A DNA stretch of 64,000 nucleotides. It comes from Mobula hypostoma. Taxonomy: Eukaryota. Below, in pieces: positions 25,403 to 37,050 of the stretch (position 1 is its first letter; the number at the start of each line of letters is the position of its first letter). The stretch spans positions 4,650,001-4,714,000 of the forward strand of contig NC_086108.1 of NCBI RefSeq assembly GCF_963921235.1, written 5' to 3'. The translations under genes were made by a program, and so were the position numbers. The notes below the pieces were generated by a model. That model was not told the origin of the DNA, did not search any database, and worked only from the letters and a program-made list of their open reading frames with translations.

Positions 25403-26018
25403 CACTCAATGGCCACTTTATTAGGTACTCGTGAATACAAATATCTAATCAGCCAATCATGTGGTAACAACTCAATGCGTAAAAGCATGCAGAGATGGTC
25501 AAGAGGTTCAGTTGTTGTTCAGAACAAAAATCAGAATGGGGAACAAATGTGAACTAAGTGACTTTGACAGTGGAATGATCGTTGGTGCCAGACAAGGTGG
25601 CTTGAGTATCTCAGAAACTGCTGGTCTCCTGGGGTTTCACAAACAACAGTCCCTAGAGCAGGTGTTCCCAACCTTTTTTATGCCATGGACTGATACCGTT
25701 AAGCGAGGGGTCCATGGAACCTAGGTTGGGAACTCCTGTTTACAGAGAATGGTACGAAAAATAACAAAAAAACATCCAGTGAGTGGCAGTTCTGTGGGTG
25801 AAAATGCCTTGTTAATGAGAGGTGAGAGGAGAATGGCCAGACTGGTTCAAGCTGACAAGAAGGTGACAGTAACTCAAATAACCACACGTTACAACAGCGG
25901 TGTGCAGAAGAGTATGACTGAACACTCAACACGTTGAACCCCTTGAAGTGGATGAGCTACAGCAGCAGGAGACCACACTGGGTTTCTCTCCTGTACTTAA
26001 TAAAGTGGCCACTAAATG
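25403..26018 (+). mobile_element. Non-autonomous Tc1-like DNA transposon containing a hAT-type MITE (about 25659-25738)
   Basis: TIRs CACTCAATGGCCACTTTATTAGGTAC / GTACTTAATAAAGTGGCCACTAAATG with a left TA. Transposase N-terminal HTH remnant LSDFDSGMIVGARQGGLSISETA. Confidence 0.85.
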
Positions 26019-26086
26019 TGAAACCTAATCCCCCATTCATTTCTCGATCGCAAAAGATTGAGCTTCAGAAAGCTTGCAACTCCTAC

Positions 26087-26281
26087 GTTTTTGTTTCGGT
26101 GTATCCAGAAGATCGCGCCTGGGTGCTGGATGTTTTTCTCCACCCTGCTGGGCACACGTTCTTCACATTCTGATAGGAGTAGAAAGATTTGGGGGCAGAA
26201 GCAGAGAGCTGAGAACATGACACCGGTGGCTTGGACACGTCTGGTGGCGGGGTCTTGTGGGTGTGAGAGGGATAGCTTGAC
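26087..26281 (-). CDS. SIPA1L3: SIPA1L3 coding exon D (195 nt, phase 2 to 2): SSYPSHTHKTPPPDVSKPPVSCSQLSASAPKSFYSYQNVKNVCPAGWRKTSSTQARSSGYTETK
   Basis: Acceptor aaattgcag| and donor |gtagga. Lies within ORF 26083..26340. QLSASxPKSF and PxGWxx match SIPA1L3; phases agree on both sides. Confidence 0.9.
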
Positions 26282-26428
26282 CTGCAATTTAAGAGTGTTG
26301 GAAAAATAAAATTAAAAATAAACAAAAATAAATCAAGCAACAGTGTGCTGTTATTCTAAGCAATTCTCATCTCTTTCAAAATCAGAATCAGGTTTAATAT
26401 CACAGACAAACTGTATGCCATGAATGTT

Positions 26429-26655
26429 AACTACAGGAATTCTGCAGATGCTGGAAATTCAGGCAACACACATCAAAGTTGCTGGTGAACGCAGCAGGCC
26501 AGGCAGCATCTCTAGGAAGAGGTACAGTTGACGTTTCAGGCCGAGACCCTTCGTCAGGACTAACTGACGAAGGGTCTCGGCCTGAAACGTTGACTGTACC
26601 TCTTCCTAGAGATGCTGCCTGGCCTGCTGCGTTCACCAGCAGATTTGATGTGTGT
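26429..26655 (-). mobile_element. Fold-back Penelope-end mini-element with a 96-bp inverted repeat and hammerhead cores on both strands
   Basis: Arms 26462-26557 and 26564-26659 (about 4 mismatches), loop GACTAA. TSD TGCCATGAA(T/C)GTT at 26416-26428 and 26656-26668. Confidence 0.9.
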
Positions 26656-26814
26656 TGCCATGAACGTTGTTGTTTTGCAGTAGAAGCACAGTACAATACA
26701 TAAAAATACTATAAATTACAATAAGAAATTAAAAAAAAAAAATTGCATAAGGGCAGAAAGAGAACAAAATTAGTGAGGTAGTGTTCACGGATTGGTTCAC
26801 TGTTCAGAAATCTG

Positions 26815-27515
26815 AACCTGCACTCAACATCAGTAAGACTGAAAAACTGACTGTGGACTTTAGGAAGGGTAAGACAAGGGGACACACACCAGTCCTCACA
26901 GAGGGATCAGAAGTGGAGAGAGTGAGCAATTTCAAGTTCCTGGCTGTCAAGATCTCCGAGGATCTAACCCGGTCCTAACTTATCGATGCAGCAATGGAGA
27001 AGACACCACAGCGGCTATATTTCATTAGGAGTTTAAGGAGAATTGGTATGTCACCAAAGACACTCGCAAATTTCTACAGAGAGCATTCTAACCGGCTGCA
27101 TCACCATCTGATATGGGAGCAGGAGCTACTGCACAGGATCGAAATAAGCTGCACTAGCCTCCACGTGCACTAGCCTCCACGACATCTTCAAGGAGCGATG
27201 CCTCAAAAAGGCTGTGTCCATCATTAAGGACCCCCATCACCCAGGACATGCCCCCTTCTCATTGCTACCGTCAGGAAGGAGGTACAGGAGCCTGAAGTAA
27301 CACAATCAACAATTCAGGAACAGCTTCTTCACCTCTGCCATCTGATTTCTGAATGAACTTTGAACCCATGGACACTATCTCATTACATTTTTATTTCTAT
27401 TTTTGCACTACTTATTTAATTTAACTAATATATATATTAGTTGCTTTGCACTGTTGCTGCAAAGTCAACAAATTTCACAATATACACCAGGGATATAAAA
27501 CCTGGTTCTTATTCC
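26815..27515 (+). mobile_element. Rex1/Babar-like LINE 3' fragment (abundant family)
   Basis: FKFLAVKISEDL and the IIKDPHHPGH/LPSGRRYRSL-type end. Related copies lie at about 5365-5755, 33530-33980, 35045-35375, 40530-41150, 52107-52670, 53090-53620 and 59455-60285. Confidence 0.85.
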
Positions 27516-28991
27516 GATGGCAGTGGGGAAGGAACTGCTCCTAAAACACTGAGTGTGTGTCACAGGCTGCTGTACCTCCTCCTCGATGGGGTAATAAGAA
27601 GAGTCCTAGCTGATGGCTCCTCTCTCAGTCTTCTCATTTTTGAGGAGAAAGCTACAGCGTATGACAAAAACATCTTCTCAGAAAAAGTTGACACTTATCT
27701 CAGTGAACTTGGATGAAGATCGGAGGGTAGGTAGGTGCTAGCAAGACTTTGCCTGAATGATTGAAAGGTCCCCACCCCATGCTCCCACCCTTTCTGTTGT
27801 TGATCTTGCTCAGTCAACAGCTGCCTTGGCAAGTCAGAATGTCATGTGTTAAGACCTCACTCTGACACCCAAGCACGTGAGCTGCTCTGACAAAATGGTG
27901 TACAACTCGGAGCTGTGTTTGCCCCAGGGACTGGATCGTTTGCTCGGCAGAAGACTACATCTACAGAGTTCAACTGCATGATTTGTCAGTATTCATCGAC
28001 TCAGGGTGTTGGACTACATTCTTTTTGTGTGACTGCATTTCACTGAATATACCTGCTTTGTGCCATGTGTGACTGACGGTATTATGTATTGCACCTTGGC
28101 CTCGGAGTTCATTTGTCTATATTCATGGGTATTCAGGTATGGTTGAAGGACAATTGAACTTCAACTTAATGAACTTACAGGTGAGATCTAACAGCTAATT
28201 TCCTTCAATATGTGGTTCCTCAACCAACTGGCAAAACTCTAAATATTGCAGTTTAGCAAAACTGGCCACTTTGATCACCTTACACAAAATTGAATTTCAT
28301 CATCAAACCCCCACCACCCAGGTCGTCCTCTCTTCTCACTGCTGCCATCAGGTAGAAGATACAAGAGTCTCAGGACTCACACCTCCAGGTTCAAGAACAG
28401 TTACTACCCCTCAACCTTCAGGCTCTTGAACAAAAGGGGATAACTACACTCACTTGCCCCATCAATGCAATGAAATGTTCCCACAACCAATGATTTCACT
28501 TTAAGGACTCTCTATCTCATTATCTCATGTTCTATTTATTTATTTATATCTGCATCTTCACAGTTTGTTGTCTTCGGCACTCTGGTTGATCTTTCATTGA
28601 TCCTGTTATAGTTACTATTCTATAGATATGCTGAGATTGCCCGCAGGAAAATGAATCTCAGAATTGTATACGGTGACACATACTGTATGTACTTGGACTT
28701 ACTTTGCTTTTTTTTTGTTTTAATTCTGTTCATTCTTGTATAAAAAGTGGGCTGGAAGTCATGAGCCTTTGGGGTGCGGCCCTGTGAATAACCTGATTCC
28801 TCACCAATGTTGCCAACTGAAGCGCTGAAATATTGAGACAGCAGGCGCAGCTGTCAGAGGCCTCTGCACTCGAGCGGTCTCTCTCTTTCGATGGTGTGTT
28901 GGCTCAGAGTTGGGGGAACTCGAATAAGTGACACTGCAGACTGTAACATCAGAACAGAGAGCTGTTGGCCTCCCTCCCCAATGTGGCAGGA

Positions 28992-29074
28992 GGGTCCTGA
29001 CGAAGGGTCTCGGCCTGAAACCTCTTCCTATAGATGCTGCCTGGCCTGCTGCGTTCACCAGCAACTTTGATGTG
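28992..29074 (+). mobile_element. 83-bp Penelope-end insertion starting at the hammerhead, with the cleavage triplet deleted
   Basis: GTC CTGACGA AGGGTCTCGGCCT GAAAC joined directly to CTCTTCCTATAG. TSD TGTGGCAGGA at 28982-28991 and 29075-29084. Confidence 0.8.
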
Positions 29075-29449
29075 TGTGGCAGGAAGGATATCTCCCTCTC
29101 CCTCGCTAGTGAGAGAGAGCCTGGAATATCAGTGTTGGGATGGACAGTAGCTTTCTATGGACTCTAGATCACGGTCTCTATGGGCTTTGCTATTGCTTGC
29201 GTTGTGGGTGGTGGTGATGGGGTGAATGCTTTTGCTGGAGCTAGGGGAGAGTGAGGGGGAGGGGAGGGTGAGGGGAGGAGAGGGGAGGGGGAGGGGGAGG
29301 GTTGCTGATTTTGCTGCTGCTTGTGTGTGTAAGAGGACTTCGGTATTCTAACAATTTTCTGTCATTTATTCTTTGTTTTTTCCTCTCTGTTTTGTGAATA
29401 TCTGTGAAGAGTAAGACTTTCTGGTTGGATACTGTATACATTCTCCAAT

Positions 29450-30560
29450 ATTAATGATCTGGATGATGGGGTGGTAAATTGGATTAGTAAGTATGCAGAT
29501 GAAACTAAGATAGGTGGCGTTGTGGATAATGAAGTAGGTTTTCAAAGCTTGCACAGAGATTTAGGCCAGTCAGAAGAGTGGGCTGAAAGATGGCAGATGG
29601 AGTTTAATGCTGATAAATGTGAGGTGCTACATTTTGGTAGGACTAATCAAAATTAGGACATACATGGTAAATGGTAGGGCATTGAAGAATGCATTAGAAC
29701 AGAGGGATCTAGGAATAATGGTGCATAGTTCCCTGAAGGTGGAATCTCACGTGGTTAGGGTAGTGAAGAAAGCTTTTGGTATGCTGGCCTTTATTAATCA
29801 GAACATTGAGTATAGGAGTTGGGATGTAATGTTGAATTTGTACAAGGCATTGGTAAGGCCAAATTTGGAGTATTGTGTACAGTTCTGGTCACCGAATTAT
29901 AGGAAAGATGTCAACAAAATTGAGAGAGTACAGAGCAGATTTACTAGAATGTTAAGTAACATACATCAAAGTTGCTGGTGAACGCAGCAGGCCAAGCAGC
30001 ATCTATAGGAAGAGGCGCAGTCGACGTTTCAGGCCGAGACCCTTCGTCAGGACGAAGGGTCTCGGCCTGAAACGTCGACTGTGCCTCTTCCTATAGATGC
30101 TGCTTGGCCTGCTGCGTTCACCAGCAACTTTGATGTATGTTGCTTGAATTTCCAGCATCTGCAGAATTCCTGTTGTTTACTAGAATGTTACCTGGGTTTC
30201 ATCTCTTAAGTTACAGAGAAAGGTTGAACAAGTTGGGTCTTCATTCTTTGGAACGTAGAAGGTTGAGGGTGGACTTGATAGAGGTGTTTAAAATTATGAG
30301 GGGAATAGATAGAGTTGACGTGGATAGGCTTTTTCCATTGAGAGTGGGGGAGATTCAAACAAGAGGACATGAGTTGAGAGTTAAAGGGCAAAAGTTTAGG
30401 GGTAACATGAGGGGGAACTTCTTTACTCAGAGAGTGGTAGCTGTGTGGAACGAGCTTCCAGCAGAAGTGGTTGAGGCAGGTTCGATGTTGTCATTTAAAG
30501 TTAAATTGGATAGCTATATGGATGAGGAAAGGAATGGAGGTTTATGGGCTGAGTGCAGGT
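29450..30560 (+). mobile_element. CR1-clade LINE RT/3' fragment split by a Penelope-end insertion
   Basis: ISKYADETKIGG, WQMEFNADKC, LVRPNLEYCVQFWSP and NFFTQRVVAVWNELP. Confidence 0.92.
29955..30175 (+). mobile_element. Fold-back Penelope-end mini-element with a 95-bp inverted repeat
   Basis: Arms 29954-30048 and 30051-30145 (2 mismatches). TSD TTTACTAGAATGTTA at 29940-29954 and 30176-30190. Hammerhead core on the minus strand at 30019-30053. Confidence 0.9.
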
Positions 30561-31959
30561 TGGCCAGAAAGAACTACAGTCTACAATCACTAAATTTGAA
30601 TGAATCAAGGACAGTGGAAGTAGACAAACCAATTGTCTTTGTTCTTGTTGTGTGCTTGACGGAGCTGGAGGCTGCCATTTTGTGAAGCCGCTCTGCATCC
30701 ATTTTTGACCAGGAGTTGCTTGGCTGGACTAGTGTTTTAAAGTAGGCACGATGAAGCTCTGGGTAAGGGGCTGTAATAGAGATCATTACCAAATGTTTTT
30801 GGTTAGATATAACATGCAGGGGTTTTTAAATGGTGGGGTCTGCGTCTGCCCTGAGTGATTCATATTGGTTATTGATTTGATGACTAATTTAGAACAAAGA
30901 GCCAAAAATTACTAGTTGTCACTTGCAGAGGAAGGACAATAAGTGGATGCTGGTTTGGATCAGAGCCAATAAGAAGGTGTTATAGGTCAGTCAGGTAGCC
31001 AATAACACTGAAATGCAACATTTGAACTGGTAAGGACTGTATACAGAGGCAGATGCTTCAATTGCAAAAGTAGTCATAACTAGAGACCCACTATCGTGGA
31101 TGTGGAGTACTCCACAGACATGGGGAGATCGAAGCAGGACCACGAGGAATGCATGGCCCACATAGACTCCTTTTACTGGTATTAACTTTTCTATTATTTG
31201 ACTGTTCATGGAGGGTCAGGAAAACTTCGTAGGCATGCACACAGGTATTTGGCTGTGTAAATTTACGAGTTCTTCCGTTGAGACAATAAAGGTATTTGGT
31301 AATTGCAGATTCTCATATTACTAAGGGTTAGATCCTTGTAGCAACTTGCTGGCTCAAGAAGGTATCATCCATCATCAAAGATCTCCACACTCTGGGCCAC
31401 ACCATCTTCTCTCTACACAGAAGGTACAGAAGCCTAAAGTCTCACACCACTAGATTCAGGAAGGGCTACTTCCTTTCAATTATTGAACCAACTAGCAAAA
31501 CTTGAATCACCAGAGTTTAGCAGAACTGTGACCGCTTTACACAAAAATGTATTGTTCTGAGTTGGTTCTAATTATGTTCTAGCTTGTAAAAATTGTGTAG
31601 AATTTATATTTTTCTTGTGAATGCTGCTCACAATACTCCAAGTGAGACCACACTTCTTGGAATATTAGGAGCAGTTTTAAAAAATTTTATTGAGACACAA
31701 TGCAGAATAGGCCCTTCGAGCTGCACCACCCAGCAATCCCCGATTTAACCCTCGCCTAATCACAGGACAATTTACAATGACCAATTAAGCCACCAACTGA
31801 TACATCTTTGGACTGAGGGAGGAAACCAGAGCAGCTGGAGGAAATGTACGCAGTGGCGAAACGTAAAAACTTCTAATGGACAGTGGTGGAAATTAAACCC
31901 AAGTCACTGGTAGTGTAAAGCGTAGCACGACCGTGCCATCCCAAGAGTGGGGGCCAAGT

Positions 31960-32500
31960 CATTTGGGCCCCGTACCTAAGAAAGAGTATACTGACATTGG
32001 AGAGGGTCCAGAGGAGGTTCATGAAGATGATCCAGGAATGAAAGGGTTTTGATATAAGGAGAGTTTGTTGGCTCTGAGCCTGGACTCACTGGAATTCAGA
32101 AGAACGAGGGGAAATCTCATTGAAAGCTATTGAACGTTGAAAGGCCTTGATAGAGTGGATATGGAGAGGATGATTCCTATGATGAGGGAGTCTAAGATCA
32201 GAGGACGCAGCCTCAGAACAGGAGGACGTCCATTTGGAACAGAGATAAGGAGAAATTTCTTTAGCTAGGAGTGGTGAATCTGTGGAATTCATTGCCACAG
32301 GTGGCTGTGGAAGCCAAGTCACTGGGTATGTTTAAGGAAGAGGTTGAAAGATTCTTAAATGGTCAGCACATGAAGGGATACGGGGAGAAGGCAGGAGGTT
32401 AGGGCTGAGAGGGAAAATGGATCAGCCATGATGAAATGGTGGAGCTGACTCGCTGGGCCAGATGGCCTAATTCTGCTCCTATATCTTATGGTCTTATATG
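31960..32500 (+). mobile_element. CR1-clade LINE 3' fragment
   Basis: Same family and TCTTATGG tail as 3030-3575 and 22750-23135. Confidence 0.85.
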
Positions 32501-34239
32501 GTGCTATGTGACTGTGATGCTGCTGCAAGCAAGTTTTTCATATGAAAATAAACTCAACTTTGATCTGAGGAGGGGTAAAGTTTATCACTCTTAAACATTA
32601 CTGCAAATTCTGTCACTCTCTGATCAGCACCTTCCCTCACCCAGCATTAAAGGCAGACCCACAGGTCATTCATCCACCGGACACTGTTGGTATTTATGGC
32701 ATTAGAACTTAAGAACATCAAATAATTCATAGTTCTAAATTCAAAGTACATTTATTATCAAAATATTTATCAATTATACAACCTTGAGATTTGGCTCCTT
32801 AAAGGCAGCCACAAAGCAAGAGACCTGAAAGAATCCATTAAAAAAGACTAACAAAGGTTCAAAGGTACAAATACCCAATGCACAGAGAGAGAGAAAAAAC
32901 ACATACACGTCGTGCAAATGGTAAAAGCAAGCAACAACATTCAGAATGAGAGTGAGTCCACAGACACGAAGCCCAGAGCAGGCCACAACCTCAGACTCAT
33001 TTGTGCATCAGTCTTAGGCCCCCGAACTGTATACTGAGTTATATAATTAGGCCCCCTAACTATATACTGTATGCATGTCTAAGACTTTTGTACAATACTG
33101 TACGTTTTCCTTAAAATCTTTTCCCACTTCTTGAAAGATTTAATTCTGAATTTGCTCACTAACATGAGCAACAAAAATAATACTAAGTAACACAAACACA
33201 CAAAATACTGTAGGAACTCAGCCGGTCAGGCAGTACCTGTGAAAGTGAATAAACAGTCATCTTTCAGGCTGAGACTCTTCAATGAGACTGGTGAGGAAGG
33301 GGGAAGGAGCTGGAAATGAGAAGGGGGGTGAGGGGGTGGAGTACAAGCTGGCAGGTGATAGCTGCAATGAGCCAGGGAACAGCAGAGATCACAGAGGGGT
33401 TTCGGCGAGAGAGGGCCACCACCTCACTGAACTCCTGAAGGAAAGGTTTAAACTGAGGGGAGAGCTGATGGATGTTATTAAAATTTTGAGGAGTTAGAAC
33501 TACTCAACTGCAGGTATCTTTTACCCTGGCAATCAGAATCAGGTTTAACATCACTGGCATATATCATGGAATTTGTTAACTTATAGAGGCAGCAGAACAA
33601 TGCAATACATGATAAATGTAAAAAAATAAATTACACTAAGTATATATATGCATGTTAAACAGTTAAATTAAAAATAGTGCAAAACCAGAAATTTTAAAAA
33701 GTAGTGAGGTAGTGTTCGTGGGTTTAATGTCCATTCAGAAATCGGGTGGCAGAGGGGAAGAAGCTGTTCCTGAATCGTTGAGTGTGTGTCTTTAGGCTCC
33801 TGTATCTCCTCCCTGATGGTAACAGTGAGAAAAGGGCATGACCTGGGTGATGGGGGTCCTTAATGATGGATGCCACCTTTCTGAGGCATTGCTCCTTGAA
33901 GATGTCCTGGATATTACGGAGGCTAGTACGCACGATGGAGCTGACTAATTTTACAACTTTCTGTAGCTTCTTTGGATCTTTGGTTGAAATGATGAACAGT
34001 TGGGGTGATGGGGGGGGCGTGGAAGTTTCAAAGTGGATGTATAGTGCAGGTTTTTTGTTACACAGAGTGGTTGGCGCCTGGAATATACTGCTGGGTTGTA
34101 GTAGAGAGAGATACAATAGAGGTGCTTAAACAGCTCTTAGATTGGCACGTGGATCTGCAGAGAAGGAAGGGATTTTGACATTGTGCAAACTATCTTGCTC
34201 TCTTTTTGCACTATTTATATAATAAATAAAAAATGAAAA

Positions 34240-34520
34240 AGGGGGCAGCACGGAAGCGTAATGGTTATCACAAGACGCAACCTGGGTTCAATCCCCACCG
34301 CTACCTGTAACGAGTTTGTACGTTCTCCAGTGACTGCGTGGGTTTCCTCCAGGTGCTCCAGTTTCCTCCCACAGTCCAGACCTCCCGGTGGTAGGTTAAC
34401 TGGGCATTGTATATTGTCTCATGATTAGGCTAGGATTAAATTAGGGGGTGGGGGGAGGTTTCTGGGTGGTGTAGCTCAAAGGGCTGGAAGGGCCTGGTCT
34501 GCATTGTATCGCAATAAATA
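34240..34520 (+). mobile_element. tRNA-derived V-SINE (HE1-like)
   Basis: A/B-box-like head (GGGTTCAATCCC) plus the V-SINE core GTTTGTACGTTCTCC..GCGTGGGTTTCCTCC.GGTGCTCC.GTTTCCTCCCACAGTCCA. Other copies lie at about 2180-2360, 5960-6130, 9090-9320, 31690-31940, 34810-35040, 38797-38925, 43575-43740 and 55290-55470. Confidence 0.8.
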
Positions 34521-36664
34521 AATCATAGAAATAATAATAATTCAATTTAACTCGGTTTCTTTATCTCTTTCCTTTGGGGAGGTAGATAGCCAGTCAATTA
34601 GGAATGGGCGTACTATTTCACTGCGAAGAAATAGATAAATTGGGGCTGTGGGACGATGCAGCTGAAACACTACAACTGAATAATCGACTGACACATGCAG
34701 CAAAAGCAGCCAGTCTGTCGGAAGCTCCTTTGTTTGTGTCTAAGCATTAACTGGTCTGACGCAAACAAGTTCATGTCTCAAAAGTTAACCACTGCAGTTT
34801 TTAAACATCTTTCCAGAGATACAACATGGTAACAGGCCCTTCTGACTCAAAGAGCCCACGCCACCCTATATAACCAATTAACGTACTAACTCTGGTGTGG
34901 GAGGAAACCAGAGCACCTGGAGGAAACCCCCATGGTCACAGGTAGAATGTACAAACTCATTAGAAGCAGCGGTGGGAATTGTACCCAAGTTGCTGGTACT
35001 GTAAAGTGAGGAGCTAACCACTACCCTACCATGCCACCCCATTTCAGAATCAGGTTTAATATCGCCCGCATATGTCGTGAAATTCGTTAACTTTGCAGCA
35101 GCAGTTCAATGCAATACATAATAATAGTGAGAAACTGTGAATTACAGAAAGTATATACATATCAAATAGTTAAATTAAATAATTTACATAAAATATAGAA
35201 ATAAAAAAGGTAGAGTTTAGAAATTGGATGGCAGAGGGGAAGAAGCTGTTCCTGAATCACTGAATGTGTGTCTTCAGGTTCCTGTACCTCCTCCCTGATG
35301 GTAGCAATGAGAAGAGGGCATGTCCTGGGTGATGGGGGTCCTTAATGATGGACGCTGCCTTTCTGAGGCATCGCTGCATTAATGATGATTCCCAGTTTTA
35401 CAGTAACTAGAAGTGATGTTCAGCGAAATAATTATTAAACTCACAGGACGAGCAACCTGGAGCCCCTAAATATATTCTGAAGGAGCTGCCATGGTTGAAG
35501 GTTTCCACATCCTCCAACCCTGCCCGGCTGCTTTTGAACTGAGTTGCTCACTGGTCATTGTGAGGACAGGGAAGAGTTAATTGCATTCTGATTAGATATG
35601 GCCCTTGTGGCTACGGGGATCAGGGGTATGGAGGGAAGGCTGGGGCGGGGTTCTGAGTTGGATGATCAGCCATGATCATAATAAATGGCAGTGCAAGCTC
35701 GAAGGGCCGAATGGCCTACTCCTGCACCTATTTTCTATATTTCTATGTTTCTGGTTCTCTCTTGCCTCTTCTCTTCTCCTCACCTGCCCATTACCTACCT
35801 CCAGTCCTCCCCCTCGCCTTTCTCCCATGGTCCACTCTCCTCTCCTATCAGATTCCTTCTTCTTCAGTCCTTTAACTCTTCCACCTATCATCTCTTAGCT
35901 TCTTACTTATAAGGCTACCATTGACAGCATCCTGACCGGTTGCATCTGGTATGGGAGCAACAGAGCATCGGACTGGAAGTCCCTTCAAGGGACTGTGAGA
36001 ATGGCCGAGAGGATCACCCTACTATCTGTTGGGGGCATTTATCAGGGGTGCTGCATACACAGGACTATTAGCATTATCAAGGGCCCTAACCCCCATCCAT
36101 CCAGCATCCTCTTTGACATGCTACCATCAGGCAGGAGACTCCGATGCATAAAGACAAGAGCGGTCACGATGGGAAACAGTTTCTTCCCCCAGGCCATTAG
36201 GCTTCTGAACTCCCTGCCGCATTGCATTCGAAGTGTCACTGGTTGATCTGTTCTGTACCTGACAATATTTAATTTATGCACTTTACTTTTTTACTTATGT
36301 GTAATTCATCTGTTGGTTTTATCCTTACTTTCCTAAGTTCTTGTATGTTATACGTGTGTTATGTGTACTACGGTGCTTTGCACCCTGATCCTGAGAAACG
36401 TTGTCTCATCTGACGGTATACATGTATATAGTTAAATGGCAATAAACTTGACATGATTTGACTTCATCCACCTTCCTCCTCACCTGGTCTCACCCGCCAG
36501 TCTGTACTCCTCATCTCACCTCACCTTTTATATCCTGGCTCCTGTATCCCTCCTTTCCAGTGCCGATGAAAGGTTCCGACCCAAAGTCAACTGCTTCTTG
36601 CCCTTCATGGAAGGTGCCTGATCTGCTGAGTTCCTCCCGCAGTTTGTGCGTCACTCTTTCTTTG

Positions 36665-37050
36665 TCTATTTGTTCATTATGTGCTGTGTCGTTGACGTGG
36701 GCAATCATGGTCTTTCCATGACCAAGATAATTCTTGACAAATTTTTCTACAGAAGTGGTTTGCCATTGCCTTCTTCTGGGCTGTATCTTTACAAGACGGG
36801 TGACCTCAGCCATTATCCATACTTTCCAAAGGTTGTCTGCCTGGCGACAGTGGTCACATAATCAGGACTTGTGATATGCACCGACTACTCATACGACCAC
36901 CCCCCACCTGCTCCCATGGCTTCACGTGACCCTGATCGGCGGGGGGGGGGGCTAAGCAGGTGCCACACCTTGCCCAAGGGTGTCCTGTAGGCTAGTGGAG
37001 GGAAGGAGCAACCTACACCTGCTTTGGTAGAGAAACATCTCCACCCTGCT
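36665..37050 (-). mobile_element. Non-autonomous RTE-related element
   Basis: Contains GAAGGCAATGGCAAACCACTTC, typical of RTE/Bov-B-related termini. A second copy at about 58860-59290 has an internal duplication. Confidence 0.6.

Noticed and set aside
28805..28933. Possible 129-nt in-frame cassette exon between exons C and D
   Set aside because: It is open and phase-compatible only if the second AG is used. The AG 7 nt upstream follows the pyrimidine tract and leads to a stop, and the peptide shows no resemblance to SIPA1L proteins.
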